Assembly: GCA_002254565.1 (NCBI GenBank)
Contig: NJEG01000018.1
Coordinates: forward strand, 1,088-65,087
Length of the DNA stretch: 64,000 bases
From: Candidatus Altiarchaeales archaeon ex4484_2
GTDB taxonomy: Archaea; Altiarchaeota; Altiarchaeia; IMC4; QMZM01
Direction of reading: 5' to 3'
Below are positions 1 through 8,490 of the stretch, one piece after another (within the stretch, counting starts at the first letter, position 1; every line of letters begins with the position of its first letter). The translations under genes were made by a program, and so were the position numbers. The notes beneath the pieces are model-generated. The model was not told the DNA's origin and searched no databases. It worked only from the letters and a program-made list of their open reading frames with translations.

Positions 1-1363
1 CCTGGAGCTCGTTCATTTTCTTCTCCACACCCGTGGTAAGCTTGGATAGGCTATCCTCTCTATCCTTAAGCGTCTGCTCTTTAATTTTGATCTTTTTCTT
101 TTTCTCCTCAATCCCATCGGACATATAGGATAGATTATCCTCCCGCTCCTGAATCTCCTGCTCTTTAGTCTCAAGCTCTTTGGCCTTCTCCTGTAATATC
201 TCCTCTGTATCAAGCAGCTCTTTCTTACGGTTATCAATGTCTCTTTCTTTTTGTTCCAGATCCTCCTCCATGTCCTGTATCTCATCCAGATGCTCCTTTA
301 GCCTTTCTTCCTCTAGGAGAACCTTCTCCCTTCTTTCAAGAAGCTCGCCCCCTAGTTTCTGTATCTCTGACTCATCCTTCTGGAGCTCCTCCTCCCGCTT
401 CTTGAGCTCATCCCTCATTGTCTTGAGTTCCAGCTCATCCCCAAAGAAAAGCTCCATCTCCTCCCGCTCCTCAATAAGCTTCCGCTCCTTCTTACGTAGT
501 TCAGACTCCTTATCCTTCAACTGCTGCTCCTTATCTCTAAGCTCCTTCTCCATCGAAACAACCTGCTGGTGTTTCTTCTGAAGCTCCTTTCTTCTATTGT
601 CCTCTTCCCCCAATACCTTAGCCTCCTTGGAGATTAGATTCTCCTTCTCCTGACGCAGCCTTGATTTCTTCTTCCTTAACTCATCCTCCCGCTCCTTAAG
701 TTCATTCTCTAATCCAGTGTTTTTCTTGTATTCCGCTTCCAGTTCTCTCTTCAACTTAAGAAGTTCATCTTTATCCTTGCCAGCGGTTGCAGCAGAAATC
801 TTCTTCTCAACCTCAGAAAGTTGTTTCCTACCCGCATCTATCTGCTCTTGAAGCTCCTTTCTTTTAAAATATTCTTTCTCCAGCTGATTCTTCAGATTAA
901 TGAGTTCCCTGGATTTCCCCTCACGTTCCTTTCTAAGCTCTTCTTCTATTTTATGATGCTCTTTTCGCTCCTTCATCAAACTCTCTTCAAGTGAGTTAAG
1001 CTCATTCAGACTTTCCCTCAACTTAGCCTCTATGAGTAGCTTCTCTTCATGTTCTTTCTCCAGGATTTTGGATTTCCTTTTTAGCTGTTCTCTAGTTCCC
1101 TTTATAACAATCTCGCCTTTACTTTTCTTTTTCTGGAGGGATTTCACCCTCTGAATAAATTCTCTTGTGACCTCAAGTTCGGGATTGTTTTTATCACCGC
1201 TTGTTCTGATAAGATGTTTCCCCTCAAACTCTTCAATCCAAGAATCAAGCACCTTACGGTCAACCGGCAAGGCTGTTGCCACCGAGCTGGCTTTCAATTT
1301 CCCGGTATAGAGAAGCAATTTCAGCAGCTTCTTAGGATTCCTTGCTTTCTTGCCCTGATACAT
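1..1363 (-). CDS. wHTH-like N-terminal domain plus long E/K-rich coiled-coil protein (partial; 3' end lies beyond the window start)
   Basis: ATG at 1363-1361. I translated all 454 codons down to position 2 without a stop (MYQGKKARNPKKLLKLLLYTGKLKASSVATALPVDRKVLDSWIEEFEGKHLIRTSGD..., then heptad-like KE/EL repeats). Absent from the ORF track because no stop lies inside the window. Confidence 0.7.
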   Translation of the reverse strand, partial: MYQGKKARNPKKLLKLLLYTGKLKASSVATALPVDRKVLDSWIEEFEGKHLIRTSGDKNNPELEVTREFIQRVKSLQKKKSKGEIVIKGTREQLKRKSKILEKEHEEKLLIEAKLRESLNELNSLEESLMKERKEHHKIEEELRKEREGKSRELINLKNQLEKEYFKRKELQEQIDAGRKQLSEVEKKISAATAGKDKDELLKLKRELEAEYKKNTGLENELKEREDELRKKKSRLRQEKENLISKEAKVLGEEDNRRKELQKKHQQVVSMEKELRDKEQQLKDKESELRKKERKLIEEREEMELFFGDELELKTMRDELKKREEELQKDESEIQKLGGELLERREKVLLEEERLKEHLDEIQDMEEDLEQKERDIDNRKKELLDTEEILQEKAKELETKEQEIQEREDNLSYMSDGIEEKKKKIKIKEQTLKDREDSLSKLTTGVEKKMNELQ

Positions 1364-1527
1364 TTTTCGTTAGTTAACGCCGAAATTTAGTTATATTTTT
1401 ATTTCATCTATACTTATTTGTACAGGTTTTTAGTATACGGCTAATATTTATATGAATCGAATCTCATAGTTATATCTTTATATTCATTTATGATATATTT
1501 CATTTCTATGCAGGGTGGATTAAGAAA

Positions 1528-2100
1528 ATGTTGGTTGTGTTAACAGGCATACCAGGAACAGGTAAAACAACAGTTGCTACGAAAGCCCTTGAGGAGCTCG
1601 TTGATGAGGGAGTGAAGTATGATCTGGTGACATACGGTGACATAATGTTTGAGATAGCCAGTAACCTGGGTCTGGTGGAGGGCAGAGATGAGATGCGCAA
1701 GCTTGAGTCCAAGGAACAGAGAAAGGTACAAAGACTTGCCGGAAACAAGATTTCACAGATTGCCGAGGAAAAAGATATACTACTGGACACGCACTGCACA
1801 ATCAGCACCATGAAGGGTTTCCTGCCAGGCTTCCCGGAATGGGTTCTGAGGGGATTATCTCCTGAAGTGTTTGTCCTGGTTGAGGCAGATCCTGCGGAGA
1901 TTGCACTAAGGAGGAGTAGCGACAAATCAAGGCAAAGAGACAGGGATGATGAAAAGGAAATCAGAGAACATCAGGAACTCAACAGGAGTATCGCCATGTC
2001 TTATTCAATATTCAGCGGGTGCACGGTGAAGATTATACAGAACCCACAGGGTAAAGTTGATGAAGCTGTTGCTGAACTGAAAAAGGTGCTCAGAAAATGA
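1528..2100 (+). CDS. adkA: archaeal-type adenylate kinase
   Basis: P-loop GIPGTGKTT at the N-terminus. The 190-aa length and overall sequence are typical of AdkA. It is followed by DUF106 and L34e genes, as in the conserved archaeal cluster. Confidence 0.9.
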   Translation: MLVVLTGIPGTGKTTVATKALEELVDEGVKYDLVTYGDIMFEIASNLGLVEGRDEMRKLESKEQRKVQRLAGNKISQIAEEKDILLDTHCTISTMKGFLPGFPEWVLRGLSPEVFVLVEADPAEIALRRSSDKSRQRDRDDEKEIREHQELNRSIAMSYSIFSGCTVKIIQNPQGKVDEAVAELKKVLRK

Positions 2101-2537
2101 TTGATATTTCAGCTTTGGGCATTGTTATCACAGACAAAGGTATGGTGATAGCTGCTGTCTCGGCAGGTATTGCTGTATTAAGCTCCCTTGTTAGGATGGC
2201 CGTCCTGGACAGAGAGCAAATGAAGGAGATGAAGGAGAAGCTTAAAAAACAACAGACAGAGGTTAAGGAGGCGGCGAAGAGTGGGCATACCAAGAAGGCG
2301 CAAAAAGCTCAGGAGGAGATGATGAAATTGACCATGGAGAACATGAAGCACTCCATGAAGCCATTAATGTTCACATTCATACCCTTCATATTGATATTCA
2401 ATTGGCTTAGAGGCGAGTACGGGGATGTGGGAACCGTTGCCACATTGTTTGGTTTCAACCTTAGCTGGTTTTGGTGGTATCTTGTAACCGCCATGCTTAT
2501 ATCAATAACATTAAACAAAATATTCAAGTTAAGTTAG
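2097..2537 (+). CDS. DUF106/EMC3-TMCO1-like membrane protein (archaeal YidC/Oxa1-like insertase family)
   Basis: TM helices flank a K/E-rich coiled segment (REQMKEMKEKLKKQQTEVKEAAK...). It has a 4-nt overlap with the adk stop and sits in the conserved position after adk. Confidence 0.7.
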   Translation: MIDISALGIVITDKGMVIAAVSAGIAVLSSLVRMAVLDREQMKEMKEKLKKQQTEVKEAAKSGHTKKAQKAQEEMMKLTMENMKHSMKPLMFTFIPFILIFNWLRGEYGDVGTVATLFGFNLSWFWWYLVTAMLISITLNKIFKLS

Positions 2538-2544
2538 GGAAAAA

Positions 2545-2913
2545 ATGGTTGAGAGAAGATTAAGATCCAGGAGCGTGAAGAAAACCAAGAAAAAGACCCC
2601 AGGAGGGGAAACAAGGGTGTACTATAAGAGCGAGAAACCATCAAAGCATAAATGCGGCAGATGCGGTAAGCTACTTGCCGGGACACCCAATGACATACCC
2701 TCCAGAATAAAGAAGCTCAGCAAGAGTGAAAAGAAACCAAGCAGAGCATATGGAGGGAATCTATGCAGTAACTGCTTGGAGAGGCTTCTGAGATACCAGA
2801 CCCGGTTTGAGGTTAAAGAGGGATATAAGGAATACAGCGACCTGCCGTTGAAAAGAGACCTCACCCTGGAGAAATACCTCCCCAGGGGATGGTTTAAGGA
2901 ATTAAAAGAGTAG
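2545..2913 (+). CDS. rpl34e: 50S ribosomal protein L34e (with about 35-aa C-terminal extension)
   Basis: RLRSRSVKKTKKKTPGG...HKCGRCGKLLAG...YGGNLCSNC zinc-ribbon pattern of L34e. Confidence 0.85.
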   Translation: MVERRLRSRSVKKTKKKTPGGETRVYYKSEKPSKHKCGRCGKLLAGTPNDIPSRIKKLSKSEKKPSRAYGGNLCSNCLERLLRYQTRFEVKEGYKEYSDLPLKRDLTLEKYLPRGWFKELKE

Positions 2914-2915
2914 AT

Positions 2916-3950
2916 TCAGTGCATTGGTCTGGATTCTCGTCTGGTTCTGCAGAGTATTGAGTCCATCAGCGCAGGCTCCTTTCTGGAGAGGTGGTGTAGC
3001 AGTTGCTTGGTACTCCACTGGGCCTGCTTTTGCTCGACCTTAGCATCCAGGTGGACTAGATACATTGGCAGAGGATAGCCGTAACTCCTTGAGCCCTTGC
3101 ATAAATCCAGCACCAGGGAAACAATCTCGGGGAAATTGTTCTCCCAGCCGGGTACGTCAATTCTCAGGGGATTGGATAGGGTGGTAGGCTGCAGATATAC
3201 TGTTGGGAAGGATGCTATCAGTGAGGAGTTGATTCTGGAATCCGCCTCAAAGCGGGAGCAGGATGTAAACTCTATAGTCTGGTATCTGTTGTTGCCTGAA
3301 AGCATCCTCAGTATTGAGGAATCCGTCATGAACCTCGGGATTTTTATTTCATATTTCATGGAGAGATAGTTGGCGAACAGCCTGGATTTGCTGTCCTCTG
3401 AAACACCCACTATGTGGATGTTCTCCTGCCTGCATTTCTTCAACAAGCGGGTGAATTTCTTCCTGTAAACCTGGTACTCGCTGCACTCTATAGGCCTTCT
3501 CCGGGAGCACACGTAGAGGGAGCCGTCGATGAATAAATGAGAGGGACTGTGTTCTTCTATGGCCCTGAGCGCTGTCTCAAACTCCATAGCAGCCCTCAGA
3601 AGCTCTATTCTCTCCTTGGTGTGCTCATCATAGTCAATAAGCCCCATGTCAACCTCCCTGACAAATCTCTCGTTCCCTAATTTCTCATCCGTCTTCTCCA
3701 GAACCAGAGCGGAAGTCTTGAGGAAGTACAGGGTAGCCCCAAGCACCTCCTGCAATCCCTCGCCCCCGTCAACAAAGCACATTAATCCATCTGTTTCCCT
3801 GCCTGAGTCATCCACTTCAATAATCAGGTTTTTTTCCTTGATGCTTTCCTTCACAGCATCAACTTCCCTACTATACGATTTAAGCTCATCCAGTATACGA
3901 TCCCTGCAGTTATTGTAGTGTTTGAGCCAGATAGAGTAATGTCCCATCAA
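2916..3950 (-). CDS. NurA-domain nuclease-like protein
   Basis: Blocks CFVDGGEG, LFIDGSLY and IVGVSEDSKS resemble the NurA DGS / SK.S motifs. There are no herA/mre11/rad50 neighbours. Confidence 0.55.
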   Translation of the reverse strand: MMGHYSIWLKHYNNCRDRILDELKSYSREVDAVKESIKEKNLIIEVDDSGRETDGLMCFVDGGEGLQEVLGATLYFLKTSALVLEKTDEKLGNERFVREVDMGLIDYDEHTKERIELLRAAMEFETALRAIEEHSPSHLFIDGSLYVCSRRRPIECSEYQVYRKKFTRLLKKCRQENIHIVGVSEDSKSRLFANYLSMKYEIKIPRFMTDSSILRMLSGNNRYQTIEFTSCSRFEADSRINSSLIASFPTVYLQPTTLSNPLRIDVPGWENNFPEIVSLVLDLCKGSRSYGYPLPMYLVHLDAKVEQKQAQWSTKQLLHHLSRKEPALMDSILCRTRRESRPMH

Positions 3951-3974
3951 ACAATAATAGGTGTTTTTGTTTAC

Positions 3975-4580
3975 TTAAATGTTTACCAGGTATGATGAAA
4001 AAAAGAGGGTGCCCACGAGCAACACCATCATAAGATAGACTGGAAGGCTCCATTTTTTTATACCTAGACCGTCGAACGGTGATACGGGTATCAGGTTGAA
4101 TAAACCAATCCAGGTGTTTATCCGGAATCCAAGAACTGCTGTCAAATCGATAAGAGGCGGTTTAGGGAAAGGCATCAGATATAGCATTAGGAAAGCTAAC
4201 GCAAGGAATAGATTCATCAACGGGCCCATCAGCGATATCTTCCCGTGTTGTTCCCTTAAGATTCTTCTCCCATGCAGGTGCACCGCTCCCGGCGCTACCA
4301 GAATGAATCCCGTAAAAGATATTAGTATTGCGAAAAAAAGACCTTGATAGTTTGCCCTAAATACTGCACCTAAACCGTATCTTTGTGCCAGATACTTGTG
4401 ACCCAGCTCGTGGAGCACGAACCCGAGCCCTACAGCTACAATGGATACGGGAAATGCTATCAGGAAAAACGAGAAGTCGTTGTTTGCATAAAGTATCGCA
4501 AAGGCTATGGACAGGATAATCCATGCCGTGAAGAGCTCCCATAACTCTTTAGGGGATATGGTGAATCTTTTGTGGTTCAT
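3975..4580 (-). CDS. site-2 protease family (peptidase M50) membrane metalloprotease
   Basis: HELGHKY (HExxH) within a TM helix and a downstream FNLIPVSPFDG motif. The protein is polytopic. Confidence 0.8.
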   Translation of the reverse strand: MNHKRFTISPKELWELFTAWIILSIAFAILYANNDFSFFLIAFPVSIVAVGLGFVLHELGHKYLAQRYGLGAVFRANYQGLFFAILISFTGFILVAPGAVHLHGRRILREQHGKISLMGPLMNLFLALAFLMLYLMPFPKPPLIDLTAVLGFRINTWIGLFNLIPVSPFDGLGIKKWSLPVYLMMVLLVGTLFFSSYLVNI

Positions 4581-4641
4581 TTTATAGTACTAGATTATAA
4601 AACTGTTGTATTTTTAAAGGATTAATGTATTAGTATTATAT

Positions 4642-4656
4642 TTATGAAATTCATAA
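4642..4656. promoter_or_regulatory. perfect 7-1-7 palindrome TTATGAA-A-TTCATAA in the divergent promoter region upstream of the wHTH regulator/ABC operon (candidate operator)
   Basis: Read directly from the sequence. It lies 27 nt upstream of the ATG at 4683. Confidence 0.4.
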
Positions 4657-4682
4657 TTTTCATAATAAACTAAAAGATTAAA

Positions 4683-5192
4683 ATGGAGGCTATTGAAGAG
4701 GAATTCGCAGAATTCTTCAAATTACTTGCCAAGACCTACGGCATGGGGGACCTACAGGCAACGGTACTCAGCGTCCTCTACCTGGAGCCTAATGAAGTGG
4801 CTATGGAAGAAATAGCAAAAAGAACAGGCTACAGCCTAGCATCCATATCCAACACCATGAAGATGCTTGAGGGTGCAGGCGTCGTGCGCAGGGTTAAGAA
4901 GCCAGGAACAAACAAGGTCTTCTTTTACATGGAAAAGGACTTAATAAAGCTTAACCTCCAGAAAATCAAAGCAGCATACGAGAGCATCATAAATCCAGGA
5001 AAAGAGATGCTCCCCAAGATAATAGAGAAATATGGTGGTAAAGTAGGGGATAGAAAATCCAGGGAGAAACTGCGCATAATAGAAAACTACTACCATCAGA
5101 TGATACAATTAGATAAACTGCTAAGGCATATGTCCAAGAAACTGGAGCGAATGTCAGCGGAAAACAGAATATTTAACAAAAAAATACCATAA
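4683..5192 (+). CDS. winged-helix transcriptional regulator (GbsR/MarR-like)
   Basis: wHTH-like segment EEIAKRTGYSLASISNTMKMLEGAGVVRRV. It is the first gene of the co-oriented ABC transporter operon. Confidence 0.6.
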   Translation: MEAIEEEFAEFFKLLAKTYGMGDLQATVLSVLYLEPNEVAMEEIAKRTGYSLASISNTMKMLEGAGVVRRVKKPGTNKVFFYMEKDLIKLNLQKIKAAYESIINPGKEMLPKIIEKYGGKVGDRKSREKLRIIENYYHQMIQLDKLLRHMSKKLERMSAENRIFNKKIP

Positions 5193-5208
5193 AGATTGGA
5201 CAAAAAAA

Positions 5209-5949
5209 ATGCCTGAAGAAAACCTCAGGGAGCCGATAATCGAGCTCGTGGATGTCTGGAAAATATATCAGATGGGTGAAGTCCAGGTGAAGGCACTGAG
5301 GGGGTTGAGCCTGGACATATACCCTCAGGAGTTCGTGGCTGTAATGGGCCCCTCCGGTTCAGGTAAATCAACACTCATGAACATGATAGGTTGCCTTGAT
5401 GTGCCCACGAAAGGGAAGGTCTACCTCGAAAACAGGGACATATCCGAGTTACATGAAAGCGATTTAGCGCAGATTAGAGGGCAGATTATCGGTTTCGTGT
5501 TCCAGACATTCAACCTGATGCCGGGTTTAACAGCCCTAGAAAACGTGATGCTGCCCATGACATTTCAGGGAATGGATAAGAGAGATAGGGAAAAAAGAGG
5601 TAAAATGCTTTTAACCAGGATGGGTTTGGGGGATCGGATGGACCACAAGCCAACTGAATTATCCGGAGGGCAGCAGCAGAGGGTGGCTATTGCAAGGTCA
5701 TTAGCCAACGACCCCGATGTCATATTAGCCGATGAGCCAACAGGTAACCTGGACTCCAAAACAGGGAATGAGGTCATGGACATGCTCACCCAGCTACACA
5801 GGGAGGAAGGTAAAACCATTGTTATGGTCACACACGACCAGAGCCTCTCAACATATGTGGAAAGAATCATCCAGATAATGGATGGTAAAACCACTGAAAG
5901 CTTAAACCACAATTACAATAATGGAGGAATCAAAGATGAAAAAATATAA
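5209..5949 (+). CDS. ABC transporter ATP-binding protein (MacB/LolD-like)
   Basis: Walker A GPSGSGKST, signature LSGGQQQR, Walker B ILADEPT. Confidence 0.9.
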   Translation: MPEENLREPIIELVDVWKIYQMGEVQVKALRGLSLDIYPQEFVAVMGPSGSGKSTLMNMIGCLDVPTKGKVYLENRDISELHESDLAQIRGQIIGFVFQTFNLMPGLTALENVMLPMTFQGMDKRDREKRGKMLLTRMGLGDRMDHKPTELSGGQQQRVAIARSLANDPDVILADEPTGNLDSKTGNEVMDMLTQLHREEGKTIVMVTHDQSLSTYVERIIQIMDGKTTESLNHNYNNGGIKDEKI

Positions 5950-7252
5950 AATATGGGCTTTTATATGCATGAGTTTTTTGTTGTTGAACACCGTGATGGC
6001 TGATGTGAGAGTTGACTCCTACTACATGGACGACTACTATATTGAGGCAGGTGATGAGGTATCATTATACTTCAAGTTACACCGCGCCCCAGTTAGCTCA
6101 CTTGTAGGCCTGCAGGAGAAGGTCACCTACGGAGCGGGAGACGTAAAGATTATACAGTCAGAGTCACTGGAGGACTATTATATAGCAAGGATTACACCAG
6201 ACAGCGAGATAGCAGAGCAATACGTTCTCATGAGTAACAGCCAAAAGGAGATAGGACACCTGTCCGTGGGAGAGAACTGGGCATCCAAGTTTGAAATCAA
6301 GATAGCAGAGAATACCCCAGATGCAATCTACAAAATGATGTTCAGGGTATACAAGACAGACTCGGAGTATAAAAACGAGGAAGTGATTCTCCAGAAACCT
6401 TTTGAGATAATGGTCCGGGGAACTCCACAGATAGACATTGACGCAGAGAACAGCATAGGTATCGGCTCAACAGGGAATATAGAATTGACAGTATACAATA
6501 AGGGAGGGGGTGTAGCGAGAGACGTTAAAGTGGATTTAGAACTGAGTGCGCCATTTACCCCAGTAGGCTCCTCTATGAAATATGTGGGATCTATTGATGC
6601 ACACCAATCAGAGAATCTCTCTTTCATGGTTTCGGTGTCCACCACAGCGGATGTGAAAACCCACAACATACCTGTTACCGTAACATATAAAGACGATAAC
6701 GGAACACCAGCCACGGTGTCCACGAACTTTGGTGTCCAGATAGACTCCAAGCCAGAGCTGGCTTTCGGACTAGACCAAGTGGATGAATTAGCTCCTGGAG
6801 TGACAGGGAATATAATCCTGAGCATATCCAATGAGGGCTTCGTGGATGCCAAGTTCCTGAAGTTCACCTTGGAGGAAAGCCCAGATTATGAGGTTCTCTC
6901 AATCAATGAAATCTATATCGGAAACCTTGACTCGGATGACATAGAGACTGATGAGTTCACCATAAGGGTGAAAGACAACGTGAGCAAGACAGTTATTCCA
7001 TTAAATGTTAGGTTGACATACAAGGGTGAAGGAAGCGACACCAGCTATACCAAACAGGGCACGGTGGATATAAACATTAAGTCGAAACGCGTGTATGCAG
7101 AGAAAACACGGGGTAATGGAACAACCAACACCGCTGTTATGGCATTGATAGCCATACCAGCCGTCTTTGTTGGGCTGCTCGTGATATGGTTTGTCTACAA
7201 GGTTTTCGGCTTGGTTACCAGCTACATAAACAGGAGGCTGTTTGCGAGATAA
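5936..7252 (+). CDS. exported CARDB/COG1361-like beta-rich protein with C-terminal TM anchor
   Basis: Signal peptide MKKYKIWAFICMSFLLLNTVMA. Repeated strands such as GNIELTVYNKGGGVARDVKV and GNIILSISNEGFVDAKF. C-terminal TM AVMALIAIPAVFVGLLVIWFV. The gene is embedded in the ABC operon. Confidence 0.6.
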   Translation: MKKYKIWAFICMSFLLLNTVMADVRVDSYYMDDYYIEAGDEVSLYFKLHRAPVSSLVGLQEKVTYGAGDVKIIQSESLEDYYIARITPDSEIAEQYVLMSNSQKEIGHLSVGENWASKFEIKIAENTPDAIYKMMFRVYKTDSEYKNEEVILQKPFEIMVRGTPQIDIDAENSIGIGSTGNIELTVYNKGGGVARDVKVDLELSAPFTPVGSSMKYVGSIDAHQSENLSFMVSVSTTADVKTHNIPVTVTYKDDNGTPATVSTNFGVQIDSKPELAFGLDQVDELAPGVTGNIILSISNEGFVDAKFLKFTLEESPDYEVLSINEIYIGNLDSDDIETDEFTIRVKDNVSKTVIPLNVRLTYKGEGSDTSYTKQGTVDINIKSKRVYAEKTRGNGTTNTAVMALIAIPAVFVGLLVIWFVYKVFGLVTSYINRRLFAR

Positions 7253-7268
7253 GATTTTTCAGGGAGAA

Positions 7269-8489
7269 ATGATTGGGGATTACTTCAGGCTGGCAGTTGA
7301 TGGAATAAAGCAGAGAAAGCTTAGGACATGGCTTACCATGATGGGGGTGTTTGTCGGAATCATTGCTGTAGTCTCCCTCATCTCCCTGGGCCAGGGTCTC
7401 CAGAAGCTCATAGATGACCAGTTCAAGGCGGTGGGGGGAGACGTTTTGATCGTAGTACCCGGGGGGAAGGGATCGTTTATGGCAGGGGGGTCGGGATCAG
7501 ACATTATCTCTGCGAAACTCCATCAAAGCGACCTGGATGTCATAAAGAAGGTGAAAGGCATCGATGAAGCCGTGGGAATATTCCGCTCAACAGGAACACT
7601 GGAGGTATATGATAAAAAAAAGAGTATCCCGGTCTTTGGTTTGCCAACAGACTTGAAATCACAGAAAAGCCTGAGTAAAATAGATCTATACAGGGTGGAT
7701 GACGGCAGATACATAAAACAGGGCAGTAGATATGAGGCACAGATAGGGGTTGAAACATGCAGTGGACTGGATAAGAAACCCGGTGTCGGAGACAAGATAG
7801 AGCTGGAGGGACATGTGTTCCATATCGTGGGAATGAACATGAAGACAGGCAACCCATTCCATGACGCAAAGGTAACAATCCCGATTGAAACAGGACAAAA
7901 AATCTTCAATAAAACAGACGAGTATTCACTTATTACGGTGCGGATTCAGAAGGGGTTTGATATAGATACAGTAGGTGAGAGGATTGAGGAGATGTTGAGG
8001 AAACACAGGGATGTTTCGGAGGGAGAGGAAGACTTCACAGTCCAAACCCCTCAAAACATCGTAGAGGTGTTTAAGGACATAGTCAACATGGTCACATTGG
8101 TTCTGTCAGGTATTGCCGGGATCTCCCTGATAGTCGGGGGGGTGGGGATTATGACTACCATGTATACCTCGGTTCTTGAGCGAACAAGACAGATAGGGAT
8201 AATGAAGGCTGTGGGTGCAAGAAACTCCGACATATTATTGATGTTTGTTATAGAGGCCGGATTACTTGGCCTGACCGGGGGAGTGATCGGCGTCGTACTT
8301 GGTTTAGGTATGAGTAAAGTAGGCGAGTATTTCGCCAGGATGTATATAGAGGACTTCAGTATATACGTGTCCTTAGAACTAGTAGTTGGCGCGCTTATGT
8401 TTTCATTCATCGTCGGATGCATATCAGGGTATCTGCCGGCACGCCAGGCATCAAAAATGCATCCAGTGGATGCCTTGAGGTACAGGTAA
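7269..8489 (+). CDS. ABC transporter permease, FtsX/MacB family
   Basis: N-terminal TM, large extracytoplasmic loop, C-terminal FtsX block (GIMKAVGARNSDIL...PARQASKMHPVDALRY). Start taken at ATG 7269 with GGGAG upstream. Confidence 0.85.
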   Translation: MIGDYFRLAVDGIKQRKLRTWLTMMGVFVGIIAVVSLISLGQGLQKLIDDQFKAVGGDVLIVVPGGKGSFMAGGSGSDIISAKLHQSDLDVIKKVKGIDEAVGIFRSTGTLEVYDKKKSIPVFGLPTDLKSQKSLSKIDLYRVDDGRYIKQGSRYEAQIGVETCSGLDKKPGVGDKIELEGHVFHIVGMNMKTGNPFHDAKVTIPIETGQKIFNKTDEYSLITVRIQKGFDIDTVGERIEEMLRKHRDVSEGEEDFTVQTPQNIVEVFKDIVNMVTLVLSGIAGISLIVGGVGIMTTMYTSVLERTRQIGIMKAVGARNSDILLMFVIEAGLLGLTGGVIGVVLGLGMSKVGEYFARMYIEDFSIYVSLELVVGALMFSFIVGCISGYLPARQASKMHPVDALRYR

Positions 8490-8490
8490 G

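Noticed and set aside
13-581. Track ORFs 13..285(-) and 180..581(+), with R/K-rich and S-rich translations.
   Set aside because: Both are alternative-frame or antisense shadows of the low-complexity coiled-coil gene (1..1363, minus). Their translations are compositionally absurd, whereas the third frame gives a coherent wHTH plus coiled-coil protein.
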